Source: Squalus acanthias (Eukaryota). Taken from it: DNA of 64,000 bases. Below, piece by piece: positions 22,345 through 34,490 of this stretch. Below the pieces are notes generated by a model. That model ran no database searches and was not told where the DNA came from. It saw only the letters and a program-made list of their open reading frames with translations. The DNA is taken from the NCBI GenBank assembly GCA_030390025.1, contig CM059432.1, forward strand, positions 24,802,001 to 24,866,000, given 5' to 3'. Each line of letters begins with the position of its first letter. Position 1 is the first letter of the stretch. The position numbers were made by a program, and so were the translations under genes.

Positions 22345-22744
22345 CCTTGGCAGCAAAATGGATTCACAGGTCTCTCCAGGCCGAGATTCAAGGCTGCAAT
22401 GAGCAGGGTGTGGCTGGGGAGCAAGTTGGCCCCCCCCGCTTTAAGAACTGGCCGGCGCCAGTGTGTCTGTGTTCCCTCGCTAACTGGCAGCACCTGCGCT
22501 GCGCTCGCGCGCTGAGTTAGCGCCTCACTGCTCGGCCTTTGCGCCTTAAGACAGGTGTGCAGCGCCTGATTTAGCGCTCCACTCACCTCCCGGGGCGGTA
22601 AAAGTGAAGTTTCCAGTCAGTGGCGATAATTAGCGCCAGGCGCTAATTTTTGCGTCCAGACGATATTTGCGCCCCAAACGGGGCGCGACCTAATTTTTCC
22701 CCCCTGGTGTCCACAAAACACTTCAGTCCTTGTGGTGCCCATCG

Positions 22745-23150
22745 GTCATGCACATGTAGAAAAAATAACCAAAAAGACTAATGGAATGTTCGCCTTTAAC
22801 TCCAGGAGCCTGGAATACAAAAGTGAGGAAGTGAAGCTTCAGTTGTGCAGAACCTTGGTCATCCCCATCTGGAGTACTGTGTTCAATTTTGGGCACCAAA
22901 TCTCAGGAAAGATGTATTTGTCTTGGAGGGGTACAGTATAGGTTAACAGAATGATACCAGGGCTTAAAATGTTAAATTATGAAGACAAGTTGCATAAATT
23001 GGGTTTGTTATCCCTTGAGCTTAGACGATTGAGGAGTGATCTAATCAAGGTGTTTAAAATGATAAACTGATTCGATAGGGTAGATACAGAGAAACTGTTT
23101 CCTCTGGTGGGAGAAATCCAGAACAAGGGAGCATAATTTTAAAATTAAAT
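22745..23150 (+). mobile_element. Degenerate CR1 fragment
   Basis: [22 protein letters not shown] and RRLRSDLI.VFKM. Confidence 0.8.
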
Positions 23151-23487
23151 TTAAAATCATGTAACTGCCAAGATGGTAGAAGGTGAACTAGATTCATCTT
23201 GGTCTTTTCTCATCTAGCAGTTCCTATGTTCCACTGGAACCAACTAGATTTGTAGTGGAAACTTAAAATGCCTTCTCCAGATGTGACATATGCAAACAGA
23301 GTAAATTGACAGAAATCAAAACTATTTTGCAATATAGAATATGTGTATTTCAATACTTAATTATTAAAACACTATTATTAAAATGTGCCAAAACGGACTT
23401 CTTCCAAGAGTAAGGTAGCACCACTGTAACCAAATTCAATATAGCCTACAAATTTCTGTTAGTGCAATTTGCAGTTTCATTTTCTTT

Positions 23488-24185
23488 GGCCCAGATATTC
23501 CGATCCCTACGGGTATGTACGCGCTGTGTACCCACCCGTAGGGACATCGGAAATGCTGGTTTCAGGCATGCACAGCGCATGCGCTGAAAACCGGCATTTC
23601 CGATCTGTCAAGAAAGCACTTGACAGATCCTCCGGTTGCCCTGGAGAAGGGCCTCTGCAGGCGGATAGTTCCGCTTTTTGGAGACCCTCCGCCTACAGAA
23701 AACCCTTACAATCTTACGCCTGGTAAAAGCAGGTGTAAGGCCTGCTTTTACCAGGATAAGAGTTGAAAAAAGTTTTTAAAAAGTTTTTCGCTGATTTATC
23801 ATTTAAAAATGCTTTTAAAAAAAAGTTTATTTTTAGCCTCATAAAAAACTTTAATTACTTTTTGCAAAAAATTACATTTTTGTTTAAAACTAATTTATTG
23901 TAATTTCAAGTCATTTTAAAAATGTGATTTTAAAAAAAATTTATTTAAAGTTTTACTATGTTTTTGGGGTGATCTCCATTCATATATTTGACAGGGCTTC
24001 CTGTCAAGTGTATGAAGGGAGATTCCCTTCTTTGATTGGCTCCCCATGACCCACGTGATCCCAGGGACACTGCGAACTACATGCGCCCCTGGGATACGTG
24101 GGCCCTGCGCATTTCAAGTTTGGAGAGGCCCAGGAGCGGAAGCATGTGTGTCCTGGGAGCCCTCAGGTAAGGACGTAGATTTTTT
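23488..24185 (+). mobile_element. Truncated Harbinger-like MITE (GGCCC-TIR family)
   Basis: Starts GGCCCAGATATT; AT-rich core and CACGTGATCCC / GCGCATGCG motifs shared with 34491-35231; no right TIR seen. Confidence 0.6.
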
Positions 24186-24759
24186 CAGATCCTCAACCAA
24201 CATTACTAAAACAGATTATCTGGTCATTATCACATTGCTGTTTGTGGGAGCTTGCTGTGCGCAAATTGGCTGCCATGTTTACTACATTACAAAAGTAGTG
24301 ACTACATTTCAAAAGTACTTCATTGGTTGTAAAGCGCTTTGGGACATTCTGAGGTCATGAAAGGCGCTAGATCAATGCACGTATTTTGTTCTTATTCTTT
24401 TCATTTACATTAAGTTAATGAATGTCTGCTTATCTGGTACAGCCAAAGGAGTGTTGTACGAATGTGTTAAGTGTTGTCTGCTCCTATTACCAACAATAGA
24501 CTCACATGATATTGTACATGACAAATGAATGAGATGTTGGGATTGTGTTGAGCTGACCATTGAGTATAATGACTCTCTACAGCAAGTTCTGTTTCTCTAA
24601 TGATGTATCGCACATTGCAAGGCAGCCCTTTCATTTTGTATATCCTCCCCTGGATTCATTAGCAATGCTTAATGCTGAGAATGCAATGGCATTCCCGATG
24701 CCCAGCCTTACTAAGGTGTTAACAATGGAATTATGTTGGATGATTTCTTGTTATCAACA

Positions 24760-25090
24760 TCAACAACTTGCATTTCTATGCACCTTTAGCACAGTAAAAC
24801 ATCCCAAGGCGCTTCACAGGAGCATTATCAAACAACATTTGACACCAAGTTACAGAAAGAGATATTAGGACAAAGAAGATTTAAGGAGCATCTTAAAGGA
24901 GGAGAGAGGTGTAGAGGTTTAGGGTGGGAATTCCAGAACTTAGGGCACAGGCTGCTGAAGGCACGGCCGCCAATGGTGGAGCTATGAAAACTGGGGATGC
25001 TCAAGAGGCCAGAATTGGAGGACCGCAGAGATCTCAGAGGACTGTAGGGCTGGAGGATGTTACAGAGATAGGGATGGGCAAGGTCAAAGA
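24760..25090 (-). mobile_element. L2 LINE 3' fragment
   Basis: PYLCNILQPYSPLRSLRSSNSGLL...GGRAFS..PKFWNS. Confidence 0.85.
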
Positions 25091-25347
25091 GCACTCTATA
25101 TATGAGCAGGCAAATTCAACATCTGCCATTAGTTTCAGCAGAAAATCCCAGAAATGGGCTGACAGATGCCAGGGAGCTGGAAACAGCTCACTCTCATATT
25201 TCCCAGTCCCATCCACCCAGACACTGCCTCGAAACAGGAAGGAATATAGAAGAAAGGATATTTTGCTCATTGACGATCAAAGCCCAGAAAATCTAGCATA
25301 TCTTTAAATGTACATTCATCCAGGCAGAAGTTAAATGCCTATAAATT

Positions 25348-26055
25348 GACCCGGAATTTGCGGTCGGGATGACGGCGAACTGGCAGTGTTCACCGTCATT
25401 TCGCCTTTGCAACTGACCGCAATTTCGGGATTTGGCGCATGCGCAAGCGGAAATCCCGAAGTTGCGGTCTGTCATTGACAGCTGCGAAACAGGCTGCACT
25501 GTGCCACCCCCTCCCGCCCACAATCTGTGTAATCAGCCGGCAATCTGTGTAATCAGCCAAATCATTGAAACTGACGAAAACTTCGGCTCTTCCACAGAAA
25601 GTACGCTGTTGAATTCCTCACTAAAAGTTAGACCCAACGGGATTAGGTGTAATTGGGGTTTTGATAGCGTTATTAATGCTGAATTTGAAAGTTGTCCATT
25701 TTAATAAAAATTAAAATTTTTAAGAAACTTTTCCAAAAACATTTCTTTTCTTTTTTTAAAGTTTGCCCATCTTTATTTCAGGTTTTCTTTTTCCCCATGT
25801 GGGAGCCCCAATCTTTGTTTTGCTGTCTCTAACATTTTTTAAATGTTAGAATTTTAAGGGCTTACTCACTTCTTTGTTCGCTGTTGACGTCACAGCAGTT
25901 CGCACAAGGGAATCCCCATTAACTTCCGTTGATTTGAATTGAAGGTCGGAAAACCCAAAGTTCCCGACACAGGGATCGTGAGATCCTTGTGCGAAGCGTA
26001 CTTCAGGGCCAGCAGCGAACATCTTTGCTTCACTGCTGACCGCAAATTCCGGGCC
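25348..26055. mobile_element. Harbinger-like MITE
   Basis: 18-bp TIR GACCCGGAATTTGCGGTC / GACCGCAAATTCCGGGCC (one mismatch); an end fragment recurs at ~55215. Confidence 0.8.
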
Positions 26056-26352
26056 AAAATTTTTCTTTTCATAATACTATCAATACATAAAATAAGAAAC
26101 ATCTCAACAAAAATAATTACAAACCACAAAATTAGCCACAGAAATTATATGTTGCGAGAGCTTCTATAATAAAAATTCCAATGTTGCCAATGTTTCCATA
26201 GGGAGTTGAGATGTAACAGGGACAAGGAAAAGAAGCCATGCCTCGGTTTAGGTGATGTGAGGTGTATTGTCCCCAAATCTCCACATTACGGTTCAAGTAT
26301 CGAGAGACAATTCCACTTGCATTTTGAGGTGGATACAGATTTTCTCATACAA

Positions 26353-26830
26353 GAGCAAAATACTGTGGATGCTGGAAATCTGAAATAAAAACAGAAAATG
26401 CTGGAAACACTCAGCAGGTCAGGCAGCATCTGCGGAGAGAGAAACAGAGTTAACGTTTCAGGTCAATGACCTTTCATCAGAACTGGAAAAGGTTAGAGAT
26501 GTAATCGGTTTTAAGCAAGTACAGAGGCAGGGAAAAGGGGGGAGGGGAGGAAAGAACAAAATGGAAGGTCTGTGATAGGGTGGAAGGTAGGAGAGATTAA
26601 ATGACAAACGGGGATGATGGTGCAAGGTGAAAGGAGATGGTAATGGGACAAGTAAAGAAACAAGAGATGGGTCTAGAGGAGGTGTAAATGAGAATCATCA
26701 GCAACAGCTGCCGTCTGAAAAAATGGGGGCAGAGGTTATGAACTGAAATTGTTGAACTCAATGTTGAGTCCGGAAGGCTGTAAAGATGTTGCCTCACCTG
26801 CTGAGTATTTCCAGAATTTTCCGTTTTTAT
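26353..26830 (-). mobile_element. Penelope-like element 3' fragment with a short inverted tail copy at its 5' end
   Basis: LQPSGLNIEFNNF-coding end at ~26740-26783; same tail as 15480; 26784-26830 repeats part of the tail on the + strand. Confidence 0.82.
26448..26484 (-). ncRNA. Minimal type I hammerhead ribozyme motif
   Basis: AGTT-CTGATGA-A-AGGTC-ATT-GACCT-GAA-ACGT-T-AACT. Confidence 0.75.
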
Positions 26831-27067
26831 TAAAGATTTTCTCATAGTTGACACTATTTGATTGCTTTCATATTGGACTGATTCCTCCAAGTGAATCGAT
26901 TATCTTTGTGGACCACTACTAAACAGCAGCCGATATTTTATGATAGTGACAGTAATGATCACTCAATAACTTCAATCCAGGGGATAAGAGCATTCTCCCA
27001 GCATTCTAATAGAAAGAAAACTGCTGATATATTGGAAAGGGTTAGACTGGCCTTACAGAAACTCTTA

Positions 27068-28040
27068 GGGGGAAAAATTCAGTTGGTTGCGCCTCCCGTT
27101 AGTGCCTTAAGAGGGCGCTAATGGGGCGCAAAGCAACTAGCGCCCGGGCGCGGCAATGTTTGCGCCGCTCGCGAAATTAACTAGACATTTTGCGGCGGCG
27201 CTAAACACTACCACCATGATCTCCTGCGCCAGCAGATCGTGACGTCAGTCGAGTGCGCAACGCCCCGGTAGCACCCCAGAGCGGATATTGAGTGGCGTCC
27301 CCTGCCTTACCGCCTGCCGCTAGCAACAACACGTTGAGGGGAGCGTTTTGCAGTCAGGAAGGGACTGGGGGAGCGCTATTTAAAGGCGACCGCTTCCTGC
27401 CTTTTTTTGTTGGTGACATTTTTGAACCACGCATTCCGAGAGAGAGAGAGAGAGAGAGAGACTTCTGGAGAGATTCAACGCTGTGTGAAGGAGTTTTGGG
27501 TACTGAGCAGCACTTTGCAGGTTCATTTTGATTTTCCCTTCCTTGTATCGATTTAGAAGAGACTGTGGGGGCCTCTCCATTGTTCTTTCCAGCAGATTTC
27601 ATGTACAGGTCTCTCCAGGCCGAGATTCAAGGCTGGAGAGACCTGTACATGAAATCTGCTGGAAAGAACAATGGAGATGACCAGGGAAAGAGTTCAGAGT
27701 GCAACCCCCACAGTCTCTTCTAAATCGATACAAGCAATGAGCAGGATGTGGATGGAAAGCAAGATCAACCCATCCCTTTAAGAGTTGGCTGGCGCCATTG
27801 TGTCTGTGTTCCATTGCTGACTGACATCACATGAGGTTCGCCAGCGCTCTGAGGTAGCGCCTCGCTCCTCGGCCTTTGCGCCTTAAGACAGATGTGTAGC
27901 GCCTGATTTAGCGCTCCAATCACCTCCAGGGGCGATAAAAGTCAAGTTTGAAGTTGGAGGCGATAATTAGCACCAGGCGCTAATCTTTGCGCCCGGCCGA
28001 TAATTGCGCCCCAAACGGGGTGATACTGAATTTTTCTCCC
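27068..28040 (+). mobile_element. Harbinger MITE, subtype B, with internal inverted duplication
   Basis: TIR GGGGGAAAAATT / AATTTTTCTCCC; TSD TTA. Confidence 0.92.
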
Positions 28041-28239
28041 TTAATAGCCAGAATTTAAAACTGGGAGCAAAAAGCTAAAAAGCTCCAGTTGCTGTAAATC
28101 TGTGAAACAAAAGCTGGAAACATTCATTCAGCAATTCGGTGGAGAGAACAGAGGAGTTAACCTTTAAGGTGTGGACCCTTTATCAGAACTGACTGACCTG
28201 CTGAGTGTATCCAGCATATTCTGGTTTTGGTTAAAAGTG

Positions 28240-28876
28240 GGAGGACAAGTTGATAAAGCTGTAAAAAAAAAAGCATGAGATCCTAGGTTTTATAAATAGG
28301 AGCATCCAGTCCAAAAGAGGTAATGCTAAACCTGTACAAAACATTGGTTAGACCACAGTTAGAATATTGCTGACTGCTGTATCTAATTGAGAGACAGAGA
28401 GAGAGATACATGACAGTCTATGTCTTTAAGAAGGATATCAAAGCCATGGTGAGGGTAAATATACTCACTAAGATGATTATCAAGAATGAAAAGTTTTAGG
28501 TATAAACAGATTACAAAATCCAGGGCTTTTTTCATCAGAACAGGGAAGGTTAAGAGGAGAAATGATAGAAGTGTTCAAAATAACAACATTCTTTGACAAG
28601 GCTGAGCCAGTTGGTAACTTGAGGGTATAAATTTAAGATAGTCAGGTTAAAAATGAAGGGAGAGGTTAGGATTTTTTTTGTGAGCTTGATTGTTGTAATA
28701 TGGAGTACCCTACCAGAAAGAGTGATGGAAACTGAATCCATAAAACCTTTTAAAAGGGAAGTGGATAAATATTTGAAAACATTTAAAGGGTATGGGGAGA
28801 GAGCAGAGAGCAGTGGAAAGCTCTTTCAGCGAGTCAGCACAGGCCTCCTTTTATGCTGTAAAATTCAATGATTCTA
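28240..28876 (+). mobile_element. Degenerate CR1 3' fragment
   Basis: LNLYKTLVRPQLEYC; IWSTLPERVME...FKREVDKYL; GATTCTA tail. Confidence 0.75.
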
Positions 28877-30102
28877 ATTATAACTGAAGCATTATCAGAC
28901 TGACAGATCCAAGTAATTATTTTATTACCCCTTCAGATTTTTAGATGCTATTTTTCATCCTCTCATTTGTGGCTTCTTCTGTGCCTGTAATTGATGAAAT
29001 GCAGACCACTCCAATCTTCTGCAAAGGTCCCTGATGTCCCTTCTGTGTTACAACACTGCTCGGCTTTCTCTTGTCCAATTACCTGCATTCTGGTGTCACC
29101 TTTAAGCAGATGCTGGCCATCTACAGCAAGAAAAAGCTCGACCACAGGATGCACTGCAGCAACTCACCAAGCTTACTTCAGCAGCACCTCCCATCCCCTT
29201 GACCTCTACCACCAAGAAGCATAAGAGCAGCATCATCACTTGAATACCATCCCATCCAAATTGCGCTCAAAGTCAGGCACCACCCTGACTTTGCCATATA
29301 TCACCATCCCTTCATTACCGAAGGGTCAAAGTCCTAGAAGTCCTTATCTAACACCATCATGGGACCACCATCGACCTCGTTAATGAAGAAGGGCTACCAC
29401 TATTTTCTCAGTGCGAGGAAGTATTAACAATAAGTGTCGCCTTTCCAGCATCGCCCACATCGTGTGAACAAATGAGAAGAAAAGATAATTTTGTAAGGAG
29501 ATGAGTGAACAGAGGTTAGAAACCCAACAACCAGTCGTGGCAACCATCGTTTCTGATAGAACAACCAATGTTTTAGAGGCTATGAGGACTAGGGTATACA
29601 AGCTTCTTATTTTACATATCCCACTTGGTGGGACATAACTTCCTCAAAAAACATAATAAAGTGTTTGGGTGAGATGAAGTAAGGTGGGAGGAGGCTCGTG
29701 TAGAGCATAAGCACCGGCATAGACCTGTTGGGCTGAATTTCCTGTCACTGTGCTGTAAATTCTATGTAATTCTGAACGCAAAAAGAAAGACTTGCTTTTA
29801 TACAGCACCTTTCCGGAGTATTTCCCCCCGATGGAATCGTGCCAGAATTCCATGCTTCCTGACCAAAATTTCTAACCTAATCTCTGTCTTAACTGTAGAT
29901 CCTTAATTCAAGACTTCCACTAGGAAGTCCTCAATGAATTTCAGGATGAACTTAAAAAAGAAGACCAAGCATGCTAAATAAAATTTGGAAGTCCAAGGCA
30001 GACTATGAAGAAAAAAAAAGGCCTGCATTTATATAGCACCTTATTGTGCCCAGCATCATTTCACATTTAAGAAATTACTTTGAGGTGCAGTGACTGATAT
30101 CA

Positions 30103-30740
30103 GAACATAACATAAGAACATATGAAATAGGAGCAGGAGTAGGCCATTTGGCCCTTTGAGCCTGCTCCGCCATTCAATAAGATAATGGCTGATCTTTTAC
30201 CTCATCTCCACTTTCCTGCACTATCCCCATATCCCTTGATTCCATTAATATTCAAAAATCTATCGATCTCTGTCTTGAATATACTCAACGACTGAGCCTC
30301 CACAGCCCTCTGGGGTAGAGAATTCCAAAGATTCACCACCCTCTGAGTGAAGAGATTTCTCCTCATCTCAGTCCTAAATGGCCGACCCCTTATTCTGAGA
30401 CTGTGAGCCCTAGTTCTAGATTCCCCAGTCAGGGGAAACATCCTCCCTGCATCTACTCTGACAAGCCCTGTAAGAATTTTGTATGTTTCAATGAGATCAC
30501 CTCTCATTCTTCTAAACTCTAGAGAATATAGGCCTAGTCTACTCAATCTGTCCTCATAGGACAATCCCCCCATCCCAGGAACCAGTCTGGCGAATCTTTG
30601 TTGCACTCCCTCTATGGCAAGTATATCCTTCCTTAGGTAAAGAGACCAAAACTGTACACAATACTCCAGGTGTGGTCTCACCAGGGCCCTATATAATTGC
30701 AGTAAGTCGTCTTTACTCTTATACTCAAATCCTCTTGTAA
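30103..30740 (-). mobile_element. CR1 3' fragment inserted in an older SINE
   Basis: ORF 30202..30834 RGFEYKSK...[13 protein letters not shown]...GIKGYG; tail (AAGAACAT)n on +; SINE pieces at ~30020-30100 and ~30780-31020. Confidence 0.92.
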
Positions 30741-31138
30741 AATGATGTTTTCCATACTTGCTTACATAAATGATATGTAAGCAAGTATGGAAAACCTTTT
30801 GCACACAACAAAATCTTACTATCAGCAATGACATGAATAAGCAATGAATCTGTTCTTTTGCCGTGTTGGTTGTGGGATGAATATTGTTGAGAGCATTGGG
30901 AGAACTCCATGCTCGTTTTTGATTAGTGCCATAGGATCTTTTAGGTCCGCTTGAATCACCGGAACAGGCAGATGTGGCTTCAGGTTAGCATCTCACTTAA
31001 AGGATAGCACCTCTGACACTACACAGGAAGAGGGGGCAAAATTATTATGGGGTAGACTTGATTTTATTGGTAGTGGTCCAATTATTACAGGCAGGGATGA
31101 CCATGATTACACCTTATGCCATACTTACATTTCATGAG

Positions 31139-32699
31139 TAGCTCAATGACGGTCACTGCCACGGTATACAAAGGCAATGCTCCATGTGGAACTGAGCCAT
31201 ACATACAGGAAGGTCCCATATTCAAGCCCTGGATTGCAATGATTTAGGCTACCTCAGCAAGCGATAACAGGGGTGCTACAGTTAGCCTTAGCACTCCTGG
31301 CCTAGGAAGTGTAAAAATCAGCCAGGGTTCCCACTCTTGATTTCTATTCTGGGACCCTTCTGGAAAGTACGCATGTGTAAACATCAGGTTAGAATGGGAT
31401 TGGGCTCTGCTCTGATGACGCCCATAGTTGAATTTTGAAATCCCATTGAATTAGGCAGCAAGAATATTACATTGTGAGGACTTGAAAAGCTAAAAAATGC
31501 AATGTTTTAGTGCTGATATTAAAATAGATTGTCAGAATAATGAACATTGAGCTTTTCTGAGACTGGGAATTAAAGTGCATTGTCAGTGTAGTTTAAATAT
31601 AACTGTCTTGAGGTTGGAGTTAAGGTACATTATCAGGGTAATGGCAATGGGGCTCTATAATACATCTGCTGCATACTCTAAATGACTTCAATCAGCACTT
31701 GATGCTTTATTTCATTGAATGTTTTGTACAATTCCTCTTACCTCTAGGAGCGGGAAAAGTTTTAGTTCTTATTTCTGCTCCACCCTTCACAGTCCATCTT
31801 ATGACCTTCATGATATTTGGACTGAAATTTGCTGAATCTTTGTAATTTCAATGTTGGATAAATCCATGAATTGCCTGGAAGTGGAACTTGATGGTTCATC
31901 TCTATGATTTGTGCGCCATCTGTTAAACTGTGAAAGCTAGATAAAGAAATCTTATTAATAAAAAAAGCTGTGTACAATTTCTAGTGTCTGGGATAAAATA
32001 AAACTGTGCATGCTGGAAATCAGGCATTTTATAATAGCTCAATGACAGTCACCACCTCAGTATATAAAGGCAATGCTCAGTGTGGAACTGAGCCACACAT
32101 ACAGGAAGGTCCCATATTCAATCCCTGGATTTCAATGAGTTAGGCTACCTCAGCTAGCGATGACAGGGGTGCTACCTTTGGCCTTCGCACTCCTGTTGGC
32201 ACGGTAGATGTTTTATTGGTATACAGCAGAAGTCAATACAGCTGCCACAGACTAACATTAAGTGACAGTAATTTACAGTTTCGAAGGATATCACCAAATT
32301 CGGTTACTGGACAGCGTAGCGTGCGATGTCTCTGTTGTTTCTTTAATCGGGTCTGGCGGTTGTCTTACTAGCAAAGAAGAGCATTAGGCTTTGGACCGCA
32401 TGGACCGCTCCTCAATACCAGCGTACCAGAGAGATGTTAAGTGCATTTGGCTATCATAAATCCGTCTCTACAGGTACTGTCTTCCTTCTTTCTACGTCTG
32501 TACATCTCAGGTTGAACAGTCGCCTTTTATCCTTCAAAGTTCTGATCATTTGACTAACAAAGTCCAATCGTGACTGTCCATGGCAGGCGTGATTAATGAG
32601 CAAGACGGCACGTAGCATTATTGACACATTATTGTTAAATTTCAAAATGCCATTGAATTAGACAGCAAGAATATTACTTTGTGAGGACTTGAAAAGCTA
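31139..32699 (+). repeat. Direct duplication of a SINE-containing segment
   Basis: 31139-31299 matches 32035-32195, and ~31438-31492 matches ~32645-32699. Confidence 0.85.
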
Positions 32700-32951
32700 T
32701 TGGCAGGGACACAGGGAATGCTGTCTGCTTTTCTTTGAATAGTTCTCTTTGTTAAACTAGTTGGTAGATTTGACCTATTTGAGCAGCTGTCCGGGGTTCT
32801 TTCCTCTCTCCTCCTTGATTTTTCTTAGGCGATGTGTTTGCCGTTCCTCTCAGTTATATAAAGGACTTCTAAGCCTGACTGTGCCAGTTCTGATAAAGAA
32901 TCCAGCTGAAACATGAATCCTGATCTATTTCTTTGATTTACTGATAAACCT

Positions 32952-33383
32952 GTGTCAGCCTTGGCTCAGTGGTAGCACTCTCGCCTCTACATCACAAGGT
33001 TGTGGGTTCAAGCCATACACCAGGAGACTTGAGCACATAATCAGTGCAGTACTGAGGGAGTGCTGTACTGTCGGAGGTGCTGTCTTTTGGATGAGACGTT
33101 AAACTGAGGCCCCATCTGCCCTTTCAGGTCGACATAAAAACTCCCACGCCACTATTTTGAAGAAGAGCAGGGGTGTTCTTTTGGTGTCCTGGCCAACATT
33201 TATCTCTCAACCAACACCTAAAACAAAAGATCTGGTCACTTATTTTATTGCTGTTTGTGGGAGCTTGCTGTGCATAGATTGGCTGCCACATTTCCTACAT
33301 TATAACAGTGACTACACTACAAAAGTACTTAATTGACTGTAAAGCGCTTTGGGACACCTTGAGGTTGTGGAAGGTGCTTTATA
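32952..33383 (+). mobile_element. tRNA-head/L2-tail (HE1-like) SINE, near full length
   Basis: A box TGGCTCAGTGG, B box GGTTCAAGCC, L2-type 3' tail GTAAAGCGCTTTGGGAC... Confidence 0.85.
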
Positions 33384-34490
33384 TTGGGTGCATTTCTAGA
33401 ATTTCCTATTTTCAATTTCTAGTGTCCAATGGATCGTCACGTGACAGGAGTATTGCATGAATGGTGTGGTCTTCAAGCGACATTTAATAACACAATCCTG
33501 AACTGGACTAACCAGCTACAACAAATGTTTTTTGCAACGAGTGAGTAGCAATGTTCTTCGAAGGACAAATCTTTAGCATTAGGATTCTGGGACAGCCACT
33601 GAGCTATGTGGCATTAATGATTGCTTTTATACCAGTAGAGGTGTGTGAGTGATTGACCAGGAGCTGTCAACCGACTGGCTTTATTATTTCCCGGCAACAT
33701 TTGTTTTTATCTTAAGACTTCTTAGTTTCAATAATCTTTCTGCCTGATATTGCCACGACCTTGGGATCTATGTAGAATGGTTGGATTAAACACAGAGAAG
33801 CTGCTGCAGCCAGAGTTGAAAGGTCAGAGGTGAACATTTGTTCTTGTTTTAGCTGTCAGCCTCGTCATGTCTGATTCCAGCTTCATTGACAGCAGGAACT
33901 CTTATGCAGAACAGCATGCGGGGCATTGATTTACTGTAACTTTCATCTGACCTTTGCATGGGAGATGAACTAAGACCAAAATGAAACAATACTCAGGTTT
34001 TATCTTCATTCCTTCCTGAATGCATGCAGTCTTCCTCATCTATCTTTGGGATTGACTGATACATCTCACCCCCTCCCCATCACCACCACTCCCCCCCAAC
34101 CCCCACAGTGAATACAGAATAGTCAGTAAATTCTATTTATTGCACAGAAACAGAGAAGCATCGAAGCCTTTGACTTTTGTATTAATTCTTAATTGCTGGA
34201 TGTTTTTATCTTAAATTCTTATTAAGGAGACATTTTTCAGTTTACGTGGTTTACACTCATTTTACATGAATTACAAACAAAGATAAAGTAGTCAATGGCC
34301 GTACTGCATAACTTAAAAATGATGGCCCAAATCTGTACTGTGATGCACAGTTCAAATATTCACAAGCATTCTTCTTAATGTGATCTCCAGGGACCAGGCA
34401 GACATTTCATCTGATCTGAAAGGTTGAGCAGGTTGGGCCTACACTCATTGGAATTTAGAAGAATGAGAGGTGATCTTGTTGAAACATATA

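Larger units (their letters stand above)
18433..22703 (+). mobile_element. Full-length autonomous-type PIF/Harbinger DNA transposon (4,271 bp)
   Basis: TIRs GGGGTAAAAATT (18433) and AATTTTTCCCCC (ending 22703). Perfect 3-bp TSD CTG (18430-18432 and 22704-22706). Encloses convergent transposase and Myb/SANT genes. Confidence 0.96.

Noticed and set aside
21601..22356. 251-aa ORF as the complete Myb protein
   Set aside because: It starts at TTG and reads through a canonical donor into the VNTR intron; the spliced 458-aa model fits better.
30202..30834. 210-aa ORF as a host gene
   Set aside because: CR1 ORF2 C-terminus fused by chance to flanking sequence.
32952..33030. tRNA gene
   Set aside because: A and B boxes are present, but it continues into a SINE body with an L2-type tail and is repeated in the window.
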